Below the pieces are notes generated by a model, which made no database searches, was not told where the DNA came from, and saw nothing but the letters and a program-made list of their open reading frames with translations. This document shows positions 38,860 through 49,117 of a DNA stretch of 64,000 bases, piece after piece (within the stretch, counting starts at the first letter, position 1; each line of letters opens with the position of its first letter). The stretch is from an uncultured Actinomycetes bacterium (GTDB lineage Bacteria > Actinomycetota > Thermoleophilia > Gaiellales > JAICJC01): positions 164,784 through 228,783 of the forward strand of contig CAWESH010000007.1 in assembly GCA_963811675.1 (NCBI GenBank). Reading direction: 5' to 3'. A program made the translations under genes and the position numbers.

Positions 38860-40154
38860 GCAGCGAGCAGTTGCATGTCGCCCCCTCCGGCGGGCTCACC
38901 GGCGAGCTGGACGTGCCCGGCGACAAGTCGGTGAGCCATCGCGCGGTGATGCTCGGCTCGCTGGCGGAGGAGCGGGTCACGGTGACCGGGTTCGGCCCTT
39001 CCGCCGATACCCTGTCCACCGTCGACGCATTCCGCTCGATGGGGGTGGAGATCGAGCGCGTCGACGAAACCACGCTTGTGATCCATGGCGTCGGCCTGCG
39101 CGGGCTGAAGCCGCCCGAGGGCGCGATCGACGTGCGCAATGCGGGCACGTTGATGCGCCTGCTGCCGGGGATTCTGGCCGGGCAGACCGGCGAGTTCGTG
39201 CTCACCGGCGACGCCAGCATCCGCAGTCGGCCGATGGAGCGGGTGGCCACTCCGCTGCGGCAGATGGGAGTTCAGATCGAGACCACCGAGGGCTGCCCCC
39301 CGGTGACGGTGTCCGCGTCCGGGCACGTCGATCCAATCACCTACCGGCTGCCGGTTGCATCAGCACAGGTCAAGTCGGCGGTGCTGCTGGCGGGGCTGTA
39401 CTGCGACCATGGCGTGACTGCGGTGGAAGAGCCCCTGCCGACCCGTGATCACACAGAGCGGATGTTGCAGCGTGCCGGCGTCCCGGTCGATCGCCGCCCC
39501 GGCCGGGTTGCGATCTCCCCGGTGCGGGAGCTGGTGCTGCCCGCGGTGGAGGTTCCCGGCGACTTCTCGTCGGCCGCGCCGTTCATCGTGGGTGCGTCTG
39601 TGATCCAGGGGTCAAATCTGACGCTGCGCGGCATCGGCATCAATCCCACCCGCACCGGCCTGCTCGCGGTGATGGAGCGGATGGGCGGTCGGGTCGGACT
39701 GTTCCGCCGGCGCTTTGTGGGCGGCGAGCCGGTTGCCGATATCGAGGTGCGTCCAGCCGAGCTGGTGGCGGCCGACGTGACCGCCGAGCAGGTTCCGTCG
39801 CTGATCGACGAGCTGCCGTTGCTGGTGCTTCTGGCAAGCTTCGCCCACGGGGTGTCCACGATTCGCGGCGCGGCCGAGCTGCGGGTCAAGGAATCCGATC
39901 GGATCAAGTCGGTGGTGGATGCGCTCAACGCTGTGGGGGCGCACGTGACCGCTCTGGACGACGGATTCGAGATTCGCGGTGTACCCCGCCGTCTGCGCGG
40001 TGGTGACATCGACGCCGCCGGCGATCATCGCATCGCGATGCTCGGTGCCGTGGCGGGCGCCTGTTCCCAGAGCGGCGTCACGATCGAGGGCGCCGAGGCG
40101 CTGGGAGTCAGCTTTCCCGATTTCGCCGAGCGGCTGGCGGCCGTCTCGGAATGA
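38856..40154 (+). CDS. aroA: EPSP synthase
   Basis: [51 protein letters not shown]. Confidence 0.97.
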   Translation: MSSEQLHVAPSGGLTGELDVPGDKSVSHRAVMLGSLAEERVTVTGFGPSADTLSTVDAFRSMGVEIERVDETTLVIHGVGLRGLKPPEGAIDVRNAGTLMRLLPGILAGQTGEFVLTGDASIRSRPMERVATPLRQMGVQIETTEGCPPVTVSASGHVDPITYRLPVASAQVKSAVLLAGLYCDHGVTAVEEPLPTRDHTERMLQRAGVPVDRRPGRVAISPVRELVLPAVEVPGDFSSAAPFIVGASVIQGSNLTLRGIGINPTRTGLLAVMERMGGRVGLFRRRFVGGEPVADIEVRPAELVAADVTAEQVPSLIDELPLLVLLASFAHGVSTIRGAAELRVKESDRIKSVVDALNAVGAHVTALDDGFEIRGVPRRLRGGDIDAAGDHRIAMLGAVAGACSQSGVTIEGAEALGVSFPDFAERLAAVSE

Positions 40155-41345
40155 TCGTCACCATCGACGGGCCCGCGGGGGTCGGCAAGAGCACCGTCGC
40201 CCGCCGGATCGCCGAGGCCTTGGGGGTGCGGTATGTGGATACCGGGTCGATGTACCGTGAGCTGACCGCGGTCGCGCTGGAGCGCGAGCACCGACGTGGA
40301 CGACCAGGCGGCCCTGGCCGCACTGGTGGGCGTGGCCCCCCGGGACGGCACCGACCTCCGCGCGGAGCGCATCTCCGCCACCGTCAGTGCAGTCTCCCGG
40401 CATCCGCTGGTGCGCGAACGGATGCGTGAGCTGCAGCGCAGTCTGGCGGGCGACGCAGCGGTACTGGAAGGTCGTGATACCGGCACCCACGTGCGTCCCG
40501 ACGCGGCCGTGAAGATTTATCTGACGGCACCGGTGGCGGTGCGCGCCGCCCGCCGTGCACGCGACCTCGGCCTGCCGGTGGACGAGGTCGAACGCAGCAT
40601 CGCCCAGCGGGATCAGCGCGACGCCGCGCAGATGCCCCCGGCGAAGGACGCGCACGTGCTGGACACCGGTCAGCAGGACGCCGATCAGGTGACTGCGCGG
40701 GTGCTGGCGCTGGTGCGGGAGAAGCTGGCGCTGAACATCCCCGACGACCCCCGCGTACACGATCAGACCTGGAAATACCTGCGCTTGACCTTCAGCGGGT
40801 TGGTGTGGGTGCTGCTGCGCCCTGTGGTCCACGATCGTGTGCTGGTACCGTCCAGCGGGCCGGTGCTGCTGGTGTCCAACCATCAGTCGTTCTTCGACAT
40901 CCCGGTGCTCGGCTATGCCCAGCCCCGCACGATCAGGTTCATGGCCAAGTCCGAGCTGTTCGGCTTCAAACCGTTCGCATGGTTGATTGCGCGCGGTGGA
41001 GCGTTTCCGGTGCGGCGGGGCGAGCCCGACCGGGAGGCGCTTCGGATCGTGCACGATACGGTTGAGCGGGGCGGTGTGATCGCGATCTTCATCGAGGGCC
41101 ATCGCCAGTCCGAGATTGCCGAGGCCAAGGCCGGTGCCGGCCGGGTGGCGGTGGTGGAGGAGGTGGAGGTCGTACCGGTCGCGATTCGCGGCACCCGCGG
41201 TTGGCGCCCGTGGCGGCGCGCGCATGTGGCATTCGGCGAGCCGCGCCGGTATGCACTGGACGGCCGGCGGCGGGCGGAGGCCTATCGTGAGGTGGCCGAC
41301 GCGCTCATGGAGGACATCAAAGATCTGTACGAGAGGGCGCGATGA
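40151..41345 (+). CDS. cmk: cytidylate kinase followed in-frame by PlsC-type acyltransferase (frameshift near 40290; fusion or two overlapping genes)
   Basis: [33 protein letters not shown]; then NHQS..D, FMAK.ELF, FPVRR, F.EG.R. Confidence 0.85.
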
Positions 41346-42694
41346 GCACCGAAGACACAGAGATACCGGCTCCCGAGCCACGCACGATCCTGGGGTCGGT
41401 GGCAGTTGTGGGATTCCCCAATGCGGGTAAGTCGACGCTGATCAACCGGCTCACCGGCAGCCGCCGCACGGTCGTCGACGAGGCCCCGGGGGTGACCCGC
41501 GACCGCAACGAGGTGGTGTGCGAGTGGGCCGGCGAGGCCTTTCTGCTGGTCGATACCGGTGGTGTTGACGCCGGCGATGAGACGCCGATGCAGGCCGCCG
41601 TGGCCGATCAGGCTCGGCAGGCGGTGGCAGAGGCCGACGTGGTGCTGCTGGTAATCGACGCCCGCGCCGGCCTGGCCGCCGGCGATGAGGAGATCGCGAA
41701 CATCCTGCGACGATCCGGTCGTCCGGTCGTGGTGGTTGCCAACAAGCTCGACGACGGCGGACACGAGCAAAGTGCTCTGGATCTCCACAGCCTGGGCCTG
41801 GGGGATCCGGTGCCGATCTCGGCCCTGCACGGCCGCGGCAGTGGCGATCTGCTCGATCTGGTGGTGGTCAAGCTCCGCGAGCACGGCCAGGAGCGGGTGC
41901 TGGAGCCGTTCGATCACATCCGGGTTGCCATCCTGGGTCGACCGAATGTCGGCAAGTCGTCGCTCCTCAACGCGATCCTGGGCCGGCCACGGGTGATCGT
42001 CTCACCGGTGCCGGGGACCACCCGCGATCCGATCGATACGAGTTTCGTCCGCGGCGACGACCATTTCCAGCTGGTCGACACCGCCGGGCTTCGCCGCAAG
42101 CGTCGCCACCGCCAGGGGATCGAGTTTTACAGCGAAGTGCGCACCATGGAGGCCGCCGACCGGGCCGACGTGGCACTGGTCTTGATCGATGCCTCAGAGG
42201 GTGTCACCGAGGGGGATCTGGCGGTCGCAGACGTGGCCCGCAAGGCCGGCTGTGCAACGCTGGTGGTGGTGTCCAAGTGGGATATCTCGACGGTCACCGT
42301 GGACGATGTGGCAGATCGTCTCAGCGGCAAGTTGCGTCAGCGTCCGGCGATCGTCACCACCTCCTCGCTGACGGGACGTAATATCGACCGCATGCTGGAT
42401 ACCGTCACCGACCTGTTTCACCGCTACGGCTCGCGCATCGGCACCGGTCAGCTGAACCGCGAGATCGCCGAGATCAATGCCGGCCGGGAACCGCCCCGCC
42501 GTGGTCGCAAGCGCCTCAACCTGATGTACGGCACCCAGTTCCAGGTACGTCCGCCTCGGTTTCGGCTGTTCGTGAACGATCGCACGCTGGTCACCCGCGA
42601 CTACGCCTACTACGTCGAGAACCAGCTGCGCGCCCGGCTCGGGTTGGACGGGGTGCCGGTGATCATCGACTTCGTCAGCAGAGACCGCTCATGA
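41342..42694 (+). CDS. der: ribosome biogenesis GTPase Der
   Basis: Two GTPase domains (GFPNAGKST, DTGG, NKLD; GRPNVGKSS, DTAG, KWD) plus KH tail. Confidence 0.97.
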   Translation: MSTEDTEIPAPEPRTILGSVAVVGFPNAGKSTLINRLTGSRRTVVDEAPGVTRDRNEVVCEWAGEAFLLVDTGGVDAGDETPMQAAVADQARQAVAEADVVLLVIDARAGLAAGDEEIANILRRSGRPVVVVANKLDDGGHEQSALDLHSLGLGDPVPISALHGRGSGDLLDLVVVKLREHGQERVLEPFDHIRVAILGRPNVGKSSLLNAILGRPRVIVSPVPGTTRDPIDTSFVRGDDHFQLVDTAGLRRKRRHRQGIEFYSEVRTMEAADRADVALVLIDASEGVTEGDLAVADVARKAGCATLVVVSKWDISTVTVDDVADRLSGKLRQRPAIVTTSSLTGRNIDRMLDTVTDLFHRYGSRIGTGQLNREIAEINAGREPPRRGRKRLNLMYGTQFQVRPPRFRLFVNDRTLVTRDYAYYVENQLRARLGLDGVPVIIDFVSRDRS

Positions 42695-43677
42695 ACATCG
42701 CGGTCGTCGGTTGTGGCAGCTGGGGAACCGCCTTTGCCAGGCTGATGGCCAACGAGGGGCACGAGGTGTTGTTGGTGTGCCGCGGCGCCGAGCAGGCGGT
42801 CGCGATCAACACCTACCACCGCAATCCGCGGTATCTGTTCGACATCGCCCTGCCCGTGAACCTGGTCGCAGGCGATTTCGAGAGTGCCGATCTCACCGCA
42901 GCAGAGGTGGTGGTGATTGCGGTGCCCAGCCGGGCGTTTGCCGAGGTGGTGGACGGCATCGGGCAGCGGATGGCGCCCGCAGCGGTGCTGCTCTCGATGA
43001 CCAAGGGGCTCGACCCGGAAACCGGCCTGCGGCTGTCGGAGATCGCCGCCGCCCAGCTGGGGGAGGCACGCGTGGCGGTGCTGTCGGGCCCCAACCATGC
43101 CGAGGAGGTGGCCCGCGACTTTCCCACCGCCTCGGTGGTCGCGGCGGCCGACATCGAGCTGGCACGCACGCTCCAGGCGGCGGTCTCGAGCCGGCTGCTG
43201 CGGGTGTACGCATCTCGCGACGTGGTCGGCGTGGAGCTGTGCGGGGCCGCCAAGAACGTGATCGGCCTGACGGCCGGCGTGTCCGATGGCCTGGGCTTCG
43301 GCGACAACGCCAAGGCGGCCATCATCACTCGCGGCATGGCTGAGATGTACCGTCTCGGCGCCGCCTTCGGGGCTGAGGCCAAGACCTACTCCGGGATGGC
43401 CGGGATGGGCGATCTGGTGGCCACCTGCACGTCTCGGCACTCCCGCAATCGGCGGGCCGGTGAACTGCTTGCCCAAGGCGTTCCGGCGGGCTGGATCGAA
43501 TCCGAGATCGGGCAGGTCGCAGAAGGCCTCACGACCGCGCCGGTGCTGCGGGAGATCGCTCGCTCGCGCAACCTGGAGCTGCCTATCACCAATGCCGTTT
43601 GCGAGGTCGCGTTCGAGGGCAAGGAGCCGCTCGAGGCGCTTGCCGAGTTGATGGGGCGCGAGCCAGTGGAGGAGTGA
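42691..43677 (+). CDS. gpsA: NAD(P)H-dependent glycerol-3-phosphate dehydrogenase
   Basis: [38 protein letters not shown]. Confidence 0.96.
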   Translation: MNIAVVGCGSWGTAFARLMANEGHEVLLVCRGAEQAVAINTYHRNPRYLFDIALPVNLVAGDFESADLTAAEVVVIAVPSRAFAEVVDGIGQRMAPAAVLLSMTKGLDPETGLRLSEIAAAQLGEARVAVLSGPNHAEEVARDFPTASVVAAADIELARTLQAAVSSRLLRVYASRDVVGVELCGAAKNVIGLTAGVSDGLGFGDNAKAAIITRGMAEMYRLGAAFGAEAKTYSGMAGMGDLVATCTSRHSRNRRAGELLAQGVPAGWIESEIGQVAEGLTTAPVLREIARSRNLELPITNAVCEVAFEGKEPLEALAELMGREPVEE

Positions 43678-43705
43678 GCGAGATTCGTGGGTTACGATCT
43701 GGGCA

Positions 43706-44962
43706 GTGAGTCCTGATCTCAAACCTGGCGAGTTTCTGTTCACCTCGGAGTCCGTCACCGAGGGGCACCCTGACAAGGTTGCCGATCAGATCTCGGACGG
43801 CGTCTTGGACGAGGTGCTGCGACTCGACCCCGAGGGCCACGTGGCCTGTGAGGTGTTGATCACCACCGGACTGGTGGTGGTGGCCGGTGAGATCTCGACC
43901 GAGGCCTACGTCGACATTCCGCGAGTGGTGCGCGAGACCGTGCGCGACATCGGCTACACGGACGCGTCCTATGGGTTCGATTACGCCACCTGCGGCGTGG
44001 TGGTTGCGTTGGACGAACAGTCGTCGGACATCCTCCAGGGCGTGCACTCCTCCTACGAGCAGCAGCACGAGCGCGACGCGGCCGAGCTGGACGTCCAGGG
44101 AGCCGGCGACCAGGGCATGATGTTCGGCTACGCGACCGACGAGACGCCTGAGCTGATGCCGCTGCCGCTGGTGCTGGCCCACCGCATCACCCGCCGGTTG
44201 GCGCAGGTGCGCAAGCAGGGGCCGCTTTCGTATCTGCGGCCGGACGGCAAAGCCCAGGTGACGGTGCGCTACCGCTCCCAGGGCGGCAGCTTCGTGCCGG
44301 TGCAGGTGGAACGGCTGCTGGTCTCCACCCAGCACGATCCCGATATCGCCGTGGATCAGATCAAGGCCGACGTGATCGAGCACGTGTTGCGCCCAGAGAT
44401 GCCGCGGGAGCTGTGTCCTTCGGAGCGCTTCCAGGAACCAGATTTCGTGCTGGTGAACCCCACCGGCCGGTTCGTCACCGGCGGGCCGATGGGCGACACC
44501 GGCCTGACCGGGCGCAAGATCATCGTCGACACCTATGGGGGCGCTGCCCGCCACGGTGGCGGCGCCTTCTCCGGGAAAGATCCGTCCAAGGTCGACCGTT
44601 CCGCGGCCTATGCGATGCGCTGGGTGGCCAAGAACGTGGTGGCCGCCGGTCTGGCCGCTCGGGTCGAGCTACAGGTCGCCTACGCGATCGGAGTGGCGCA
44701 CCCGGTGTCGGTGTCGGTGGAGACGTTCGGCACCGAGCAGGTTGATCGCGAGCTGATCGAGCAGGCCGTGAGCGAGGTGTTCGACCTGCGCCCGGCCGCA
44801 ATCATTCGTGATCTGGATCTGCTTCGCCCTGTGTACCGGCCCACGGCCGCCTACGGTCACTTCGGTCGCGACGGCGATGGGTTCACCTGGGAGCGCACCG
44901 ATCGGGTCGCGGCGCTCCGTGCCGCCTGCGGGCTGGGCGAGCCCGCCGGCGCCACGCATTGA
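43706..44962 (+). CDS. metK: S-adenosylmethionine synthetase
   Basis: [49 protein letters not shown]. Confidence 0.98.
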   Translation: MSPDLKPGEFLFTSESVTEGHPDKVADQISDGVLDEVLRLDPEGHVACEVLITTGLVVVAGEISTEAYVDIPRVVRETVRDIGYTDASYGFDYATCGVVVALDEQSSDILQGVHSSYEQQHERDAAELDVQGAGDQGMMFGYATDETPELMPLPLVLAHRITRRLAQVRKQGPLSYLRPDGKAQVTVRYRSQGGSFVPVQVERLLVSTQHDPDIAVDQIKADVIEHVLRPEMPRELCPSERFQEPDFVLVNPTGRFVTGGPMGDTGLTGRKIIVDTYGGAARHGGGAFSGKDPSKVDRSAAYAMRWVAKNVVAAGLAARVELQVAYAIGVAHPVSVSVETFGTEQVDRELIEQAVSEVFDLRPAAIIRDLDLLRPVYRPTAAYGHFGRDGDGFTWERTDRVAALRAACGLGEPAGATH

Positions 44963-46896
44963 TCGCACGCTGCTGGCCGCTGGTGACAGCGCGAGCGGTC
45001 GACCGCAGCTTCGACTACGCCGTCTCCGACGAGCTGGCACCCCAGGTTCGGCGTGGTTCGCTGGTACAGGTGGAGTTCGGCGCCCGGCCGGTGACCGCTG
45101 TGGTGGCGGAAGTCACCGCCGACCCCTCCAGCGATGATCTCAAGCCCGTCGACGCCGTCACCGGGGCGATCCCCGAGGCGCTGGTGGATCTGGCTGAGTG
45201 GCTCGCGGCCGAGTGCGGATCGACCACCGCCCGCGCGCTGGCCCTGGTACAGCCGCCCCAGCCCGCCAAACGCGCGCTGAAGCCGGTGGCGGCGGTGCCG
45301 CGGCAGACGCCGGTGACGCTCACCATCGAGCAGGATGCGGCGGTGAACGCCTGCCTGCAGGTGCTGGATGCCGGTGGTGGGGAGGTGCTGGTGCACGGAG
45401 TCACCGGATCGGGCAAGACCGAGCTTTACCTGCGCGTGATCGAACGTGCGCTGGCGCTGGGACGAAGCGCCATCGTGTTGGTCCCCGAGATCGCGCTCAC
45501 CCCCCAGACCGCGCGGCGGTTCCGGGCGCGGTTCGGGCCGACGGTGGCGGTGCTGCACTCGGGGCTGACACGGGCGCGGCGGGGGGACGAGCATCGCCGT
45601 ATCGCCGCAGGCGAGGCCCGGGTCGTGGTCGGGGCCCGCTCGGCCGTGTTCGCCGCCGCCCCGGGTCTGGGAGTGATCGTGGTGGACGAGGAACACGACG
45701 CCTCCTACAAGCATGAAGCAGATCCGCGCTACGACGCTCGCCGGGTGGCGGTCAAACGGGCGCGGCTGGAGGGCGCCGTTGCGGTCTTCGGTAGCGCCAC
45801 GCCTCGGCCGGAATCGTGGTTCGGGGTCGCGCGCAGGGTGTCGTTGCCCGCTCGGATCGGGGGCGCCGGGCTGCCGCGGGTGGTCACTGTCGACCTTCGC
45901 CGCGACGGCGGATATCCGCTCACCCGGCCGCTGGTGGATGCGCTGGCCGAGCTCGAAGACTCCGGCGGACGGGCGATCGTGCTGCAGAACCGGCGGGGCT
46001 CGGCCTCAGCGCTTCACTGCCGCTCGTGTGCCACCGGATGGCGCTGCCCGCGCTGCGACGTGTCGCTGACGCTGCACGGCCGCAGTCTGCGCTGCCATCA
46101 CTGCGGCCACAGCGAGCCCCGGCCGCGGGCCTGCCCGAACTGCGGTTCGGTCGATCTCGCTCAGATCGGCGCGGGCACGGTGGCGGTCGAACGGGAGCTG
46201 GCGTCACGCTTCCCAGGGCTGGAGGTGTCTCGGTTGGACGCTGATGTCGCGTCTCGAGCGGGAGAGCCGGAAGCGACCCTGGCGCGGTTTGCGGTCGCTG
46301 AGCGCGGCGTGTTGGTGGGCACCCAGCTGGTGGCCAAGGGACATGACGTGGCCGGGGTGCGGCTGGCGGCGGTGCTGGATGCCGACGTCGGCCTGTCGAT
46401 GCCGGACTTTCGAGCTGAGGAACGCACGTTTGCGTTGCTGACCCAGCTGGCCGGCCGTCCGGGACGCCCCGGCGATCCCACCGGCACGGTGATCGTGCAG
46501 ACCTGGAACCCGGAGCTGCGACCGATCGCGCTGGCGGCGCGGCATGCCGTGGAGGAGTTCCTCACCGGCGAGTTGGAGCGCCGCCAAGAGCTCGGGTACC
46601 CACCGTTCAAGCGGCTTGTGCGGCTGCTCGTCACCGCGCCGGAAGCGGGTGTCGCGACGGGAGCGCTGGAGGCCCTGGTGGCTGCCGCCCGGCCGCAGCT
46701 GACAGACGATCAGATCCTGGGACCGGCGCCGCTGCCGCGGCTGCGTGACCGTCAGCGCTGCCATGTTTTGATCAAGACCGAGAACGCCCGTCGCTGCGCC
46801 GCGGTGTTCCGGGACATGATGGGGCAGCTTTCGGCAGATCTGCGGCGGGCGGATGCCACCGCCACCCTTGACGTCGATCCGCAGACACTGCTGTAG
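44959..46896 (+). CDS. priA: primosomal protein N'
   Basis: [25 protein letters not shown], eight-Cys zinc region, GTQ..AKG, PDFRA.ER, DVDP. Confidence 0.95.
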   Translation: MIARCWPLVTARAVDRSFDYAVSDELAPQVRRGSLVQVEFGARPVTAVVAEVTADPSSDDLKPVDAVTGAIPEALVDLAEWLAAECGSTTARALALVQPPQPAKRALKPVAAVPRQTPVTLTIEQDAAVNACLQVLDAGGGEVLVHGVTGSGKTELYLRVIERALALGRSAIVLVPEIALTPQTARRFRARFGPTVAVLHSGLTRARRGDEHRRIAAGEARVVVGARSAVFAAAPGLGVIVVDEEHDASYKHEADPRYDARRVAVKRARLEGAVAVFGSATPRPESWFGVARRVSLPARIGGAGLPRVVTVDLRRDGGYPLTRPLVDALAELEDSGGRAIVLQNRRGSASALHCRSCATGWRCPRCDVSLTLHGRSLRCHHCGHSEPRPRACPNCGSVDLAQIGAGTVAVERELASRFPGLEVSRLDADVASRAGEPEATLARFAVAERGVLVGTQLVAKGHDVAGVRLAAVLDADVGLSMPDFRAEERTFALLTQLAGRPGRPGDPTGTVIVQTWNPELRPIALAARHAVEEFLTGELERRQELGYPPFKRLVRLLVTAPEAGVATGALEALVAAARPQLTDDQILGPAPLPRLRDRQRCHVLIKTENARRCAAVFRDMMGQLSADLRRADATATLDVDPQTLL

Positions 46897-46919
46897 CGCC
46901 ACCGGGTATGGTGCCCGCC

Positions 46920-47465
46920 ATGACCCAAGCACTCGTGATCGTCGATATTCAAAATGACTACTTCCCCGGCGGCGCCAGTCCGCTGGAGGGGCCCGAGGCG
47001 GCCGCTGACCAGGCTCGTCTGCTGCTCCAGTCCTACCGGTTGCGCGGCTTGGAGGTGGTGCACATACAACATGTGTGGGACGCCGGCGACGCGACCTTCA
47101 TGGTGCCCGGTTCGGCCGGGGTGGAGATCAATGAGCGGGTCGCGCCGGCCGACGGCGAGCAGGTGTTCGCCAAGGCCCATCCCAACGCGTTCCGCGAGAC
47201 CCCGCTGGAGTCGCACCTGCGCGATCGGGGCATCGACGAGCTGGTGGTGTGCGGCATGATGACCAGCATGTGCGTGGATGCCACCGTGCGAGCCGCGGTC
47301 GACCTGGGCTTCTCCACCGCGGTCGCCCACGACGCCTGCGCGACCATGGCGCTGGAGTTCGACGGGCGGTCGATACCGGCCGCGGACGTGCACACCGCCT
47401 TCCTGGCGGCGCTGGCGGATGGGTACGCAGATGTGGCAGCGGCCGAAGATCTGGTCCGACGGTAA
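46920..47465 (+). CDS. isochorismatase-family cysteine hydrolase
   Basis: ALVIVDIQNDYF, K..PNAF, GMMTSMCVDAT.R, DACAT. Confidence 0.92.
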   Translation: MTQALVIVDIQNDYFPGGASPLEGPEAAADQARLLLQSYRLRGLEVVHIQHVWDAGDATFMVPGSAGVEINERVAPADGEQVFAKAHPNAFRETPLESHLRDRGIDELVVCGMMTSMCVDATVRAAVDLGFSTAVAHDACATMALEFDGRSIPAADVHTAFLAALADGYADVAAAEDLVRR

Positions 47466-47474
47466 ACTGCGCGC

Positions 47475-48056
47475 GTGGCTGAAGAACAGGTACAGGAGCA
47501 CGAAGAGGAAGAGGAAGTCGAGTCCGCCGCCAGTGCCGCGGAGCGGCGCGCTCACCACGAGGCTGCTCGCCGGCTGGTGCGTCAGTATCCCGATGCGGCG
47601 TTGCGAATCCCGGCCAACAAAGTGGGCGAACTCGACGACGATGTGCTGCGGCTGGCCGAGCGCATGTGCGCCATCATGAACGACTCACATGGTGTGGGGC
47701 TGGCGGCGCCTCAGATCGGGGTGCTGCGGCGAGTGCTGGTGTATCGCCGCCGTGACGAGGACGAGCCGGTGGTGTTGATCGACCCCGAGCTGTCCGAGCT
47801 GTCCGAGGAGACCGAGACCGACACCGAGGGCTGCCTGTCACTGCTGGGCGGCGACCTGCTGGTGCCGGTTGAGCGGTCTTTGCGGCTGGTTGCCACCGGC
47901 CGCGACCGAGACGGCGAGGAGCTGCGGATCGAGGCTGAGGGCATGGAGGCGCGCATCCTCCAGCACGAGGTCGACCATCTTGACGGCGTACTGATCATCG
48001 ACCGCGCCGCCGAGGATGATCGCCGCGCCGCGATGCGCGAGCTGCGTCTCAGATAG
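47475..48056 (+). CDS. def: peptide deformylase with acidic N-terminal extension
   Basis: GVGLAAPQIG, EGCLS, QHEVDHLDG. Confidence 0.95.
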   Translation: MAEEQVQEHEEEEEVESAASAAERRAHHEAARRLVRQYPDAALRIPANKVGELDDDVLRLAERMCAIMNDSHGVGLAAPQIGVLRRVLVYRRRDEDEPVVLIDPELSELSEETETDTEGCLSLLGGDLLVPVERSLRLVATGRDRDGEELRIEAEGMEARILQHEVDHLDGVLIIDRAAEDDRRAAMRELRLR

Positions 48057-48060
48057 CGGC

Positions 48061-48945
48061 ATGACGTTCGGCTTTTTCGGCACCTCGCAGTTCGGTGCCG
48101 ACGCCTTGGAGCTGCTGCACGGCACTGCCGGCGTCGAGATCGCGTGGGTGGTGACCCAGCTCGATCGTCCTGCCGGACGCGGCCGTACGCCGCGACCGCC
48201 GCCGGTGGCGACTCGGGCACGCGAGCTGGGCTTGGAGCTGATCCAGACCGACAACGCCAGCGCCGCCCCGCCGGGGGCCGACGCGGCCGCGGTGGTGGCC
48301 TTCGGCCAGCTGCTGCGCGACCCGTTGCTGCACGCATATCCACTCTTCAACCTGCATCCGTCGCTGCTCCCGCGGTGGCGCGGGGCGGCGCCGGTGGAGC
48401 GGGCGATCATGGCCGGGGACGACACCACCGGTGTGTGCGTGATCGAGCTGGTGGAGCAGCTCGACGCAGGCCCGGTGCATGGGGTGGAGCGGTTTCCGAT
48501 CGCGTCGTCGGATGACGGCGGTGTGATTCGTGCCCGGGCGCTTGAGCTGGGCGTGCCGCTGCTGGCAGCCGCCCTGCTGGGTGAGACGACGGGCGTTGCG
48601 CAGGGCTCGGTGGGGGTCAGCTATGCCCACAAGATCACTGCGGACGACCGTCGCATCGACTGGTCGCGGCCGGCGCTGGAGATCGATCGGCTGGTGCGGG
48701 CGCTGGCCCCAGATCTGGGTGCCCGCTCACAGCTGGACGGCCGACCGGTGGTGATCTGGAGGGGGAGAGCCGGCGTGCTTGGCGGCGGGGGAGATCCAGG
48801 TCAGGTGGTGGGTTCCCCGCTCACACTGGCCTGCGGCGACGGCAGCTACGAAGTGCTCGACCTGCAACCGGCCGGCAAGCGCCGCATGACCACCGTCGAG
48901 TACCTCCGCGGCCTCCGCGATCCACCCAAACGCGCGGGTGAATAA
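48061..48945 (+). CDS. fmt: methionyl-tRNA formyltransferase
   Basis: FFGT..F, VVTQ.DRPAGRG, NLHPSLLPRWRGAAP, LDAG, QPAGKR.M; stop lies inside palindrome. Confidence 0.95.
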   Translation: MTFGFFGTSQFGADALELLHGTAGVEIAWVVTQLDRPAGRGRTPRPPPVATRARELGLELIQTDNASAAPPGADAAAVVAFGQLLRDPLLHAYPLFNLHPSLLPRWRGAAPVERAIMAGDDTTGVCVIELVEQLDAGPVHGVERFPIASSDDGGVIRARALELGVPLLAAALLGETTGVAQGSVGVSYAHKITADDRRIDWSRPALEIDRLVRALAPDLGARSQLDGRPVVIWRGRAGVLGGGGDPGQVVGSPLTLACGDGSYEVLDLQPAGKRRMTTVEYLRGLRDPPKRAGE

Positions 48946-49117
48946 CGGTGCCAGGCACCGCTATTCACGCTGCGTGGTCGAGGCGTTCGCGGAGGAAGAG
49001 TTCTTCGACCTCGTGAGCCGGCACCGGGCGGGAGACGAAGCGAATAATTGGTGCCAGGCACCAATTATTCACCCAGAGCGCCGGTGGTGAATAACGGTGC
49101 CTGGCACCGTTATTCAC
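48938..49117. repeat. three REP-like palindromes (B, A, B)
   Basis: 48938-48968 GTGAATAACGGTGCC-A-GGCACCGCTATTCAC; 49042-49070 GAATAATTGGTGCC-A-GGCACCAATTATTC; 49087-49117 GTGAATAACGGTGCC-T-GGCACCGTTATTCAC. Confidence 0.92.
48965..49038 (-). repeat. duplicated 3' end of the adjacent GGDEF/EAL gene
   Basis: 71/74 identical to 49114-49187 (offset 149); encodes the same VSRPVPAHEVEELFLRERLDHAA*. Confidence 0.92.

Noticed and set aside
48938-49117. CRISPR array (three palindromic repeats with a self-matching spacer)
   Set aside because: Repeats are of two types, spacers are about 73 and 14 nt, no cas genes or leader are present, and the 'spacer' is contiguous with a duplicated repeat.
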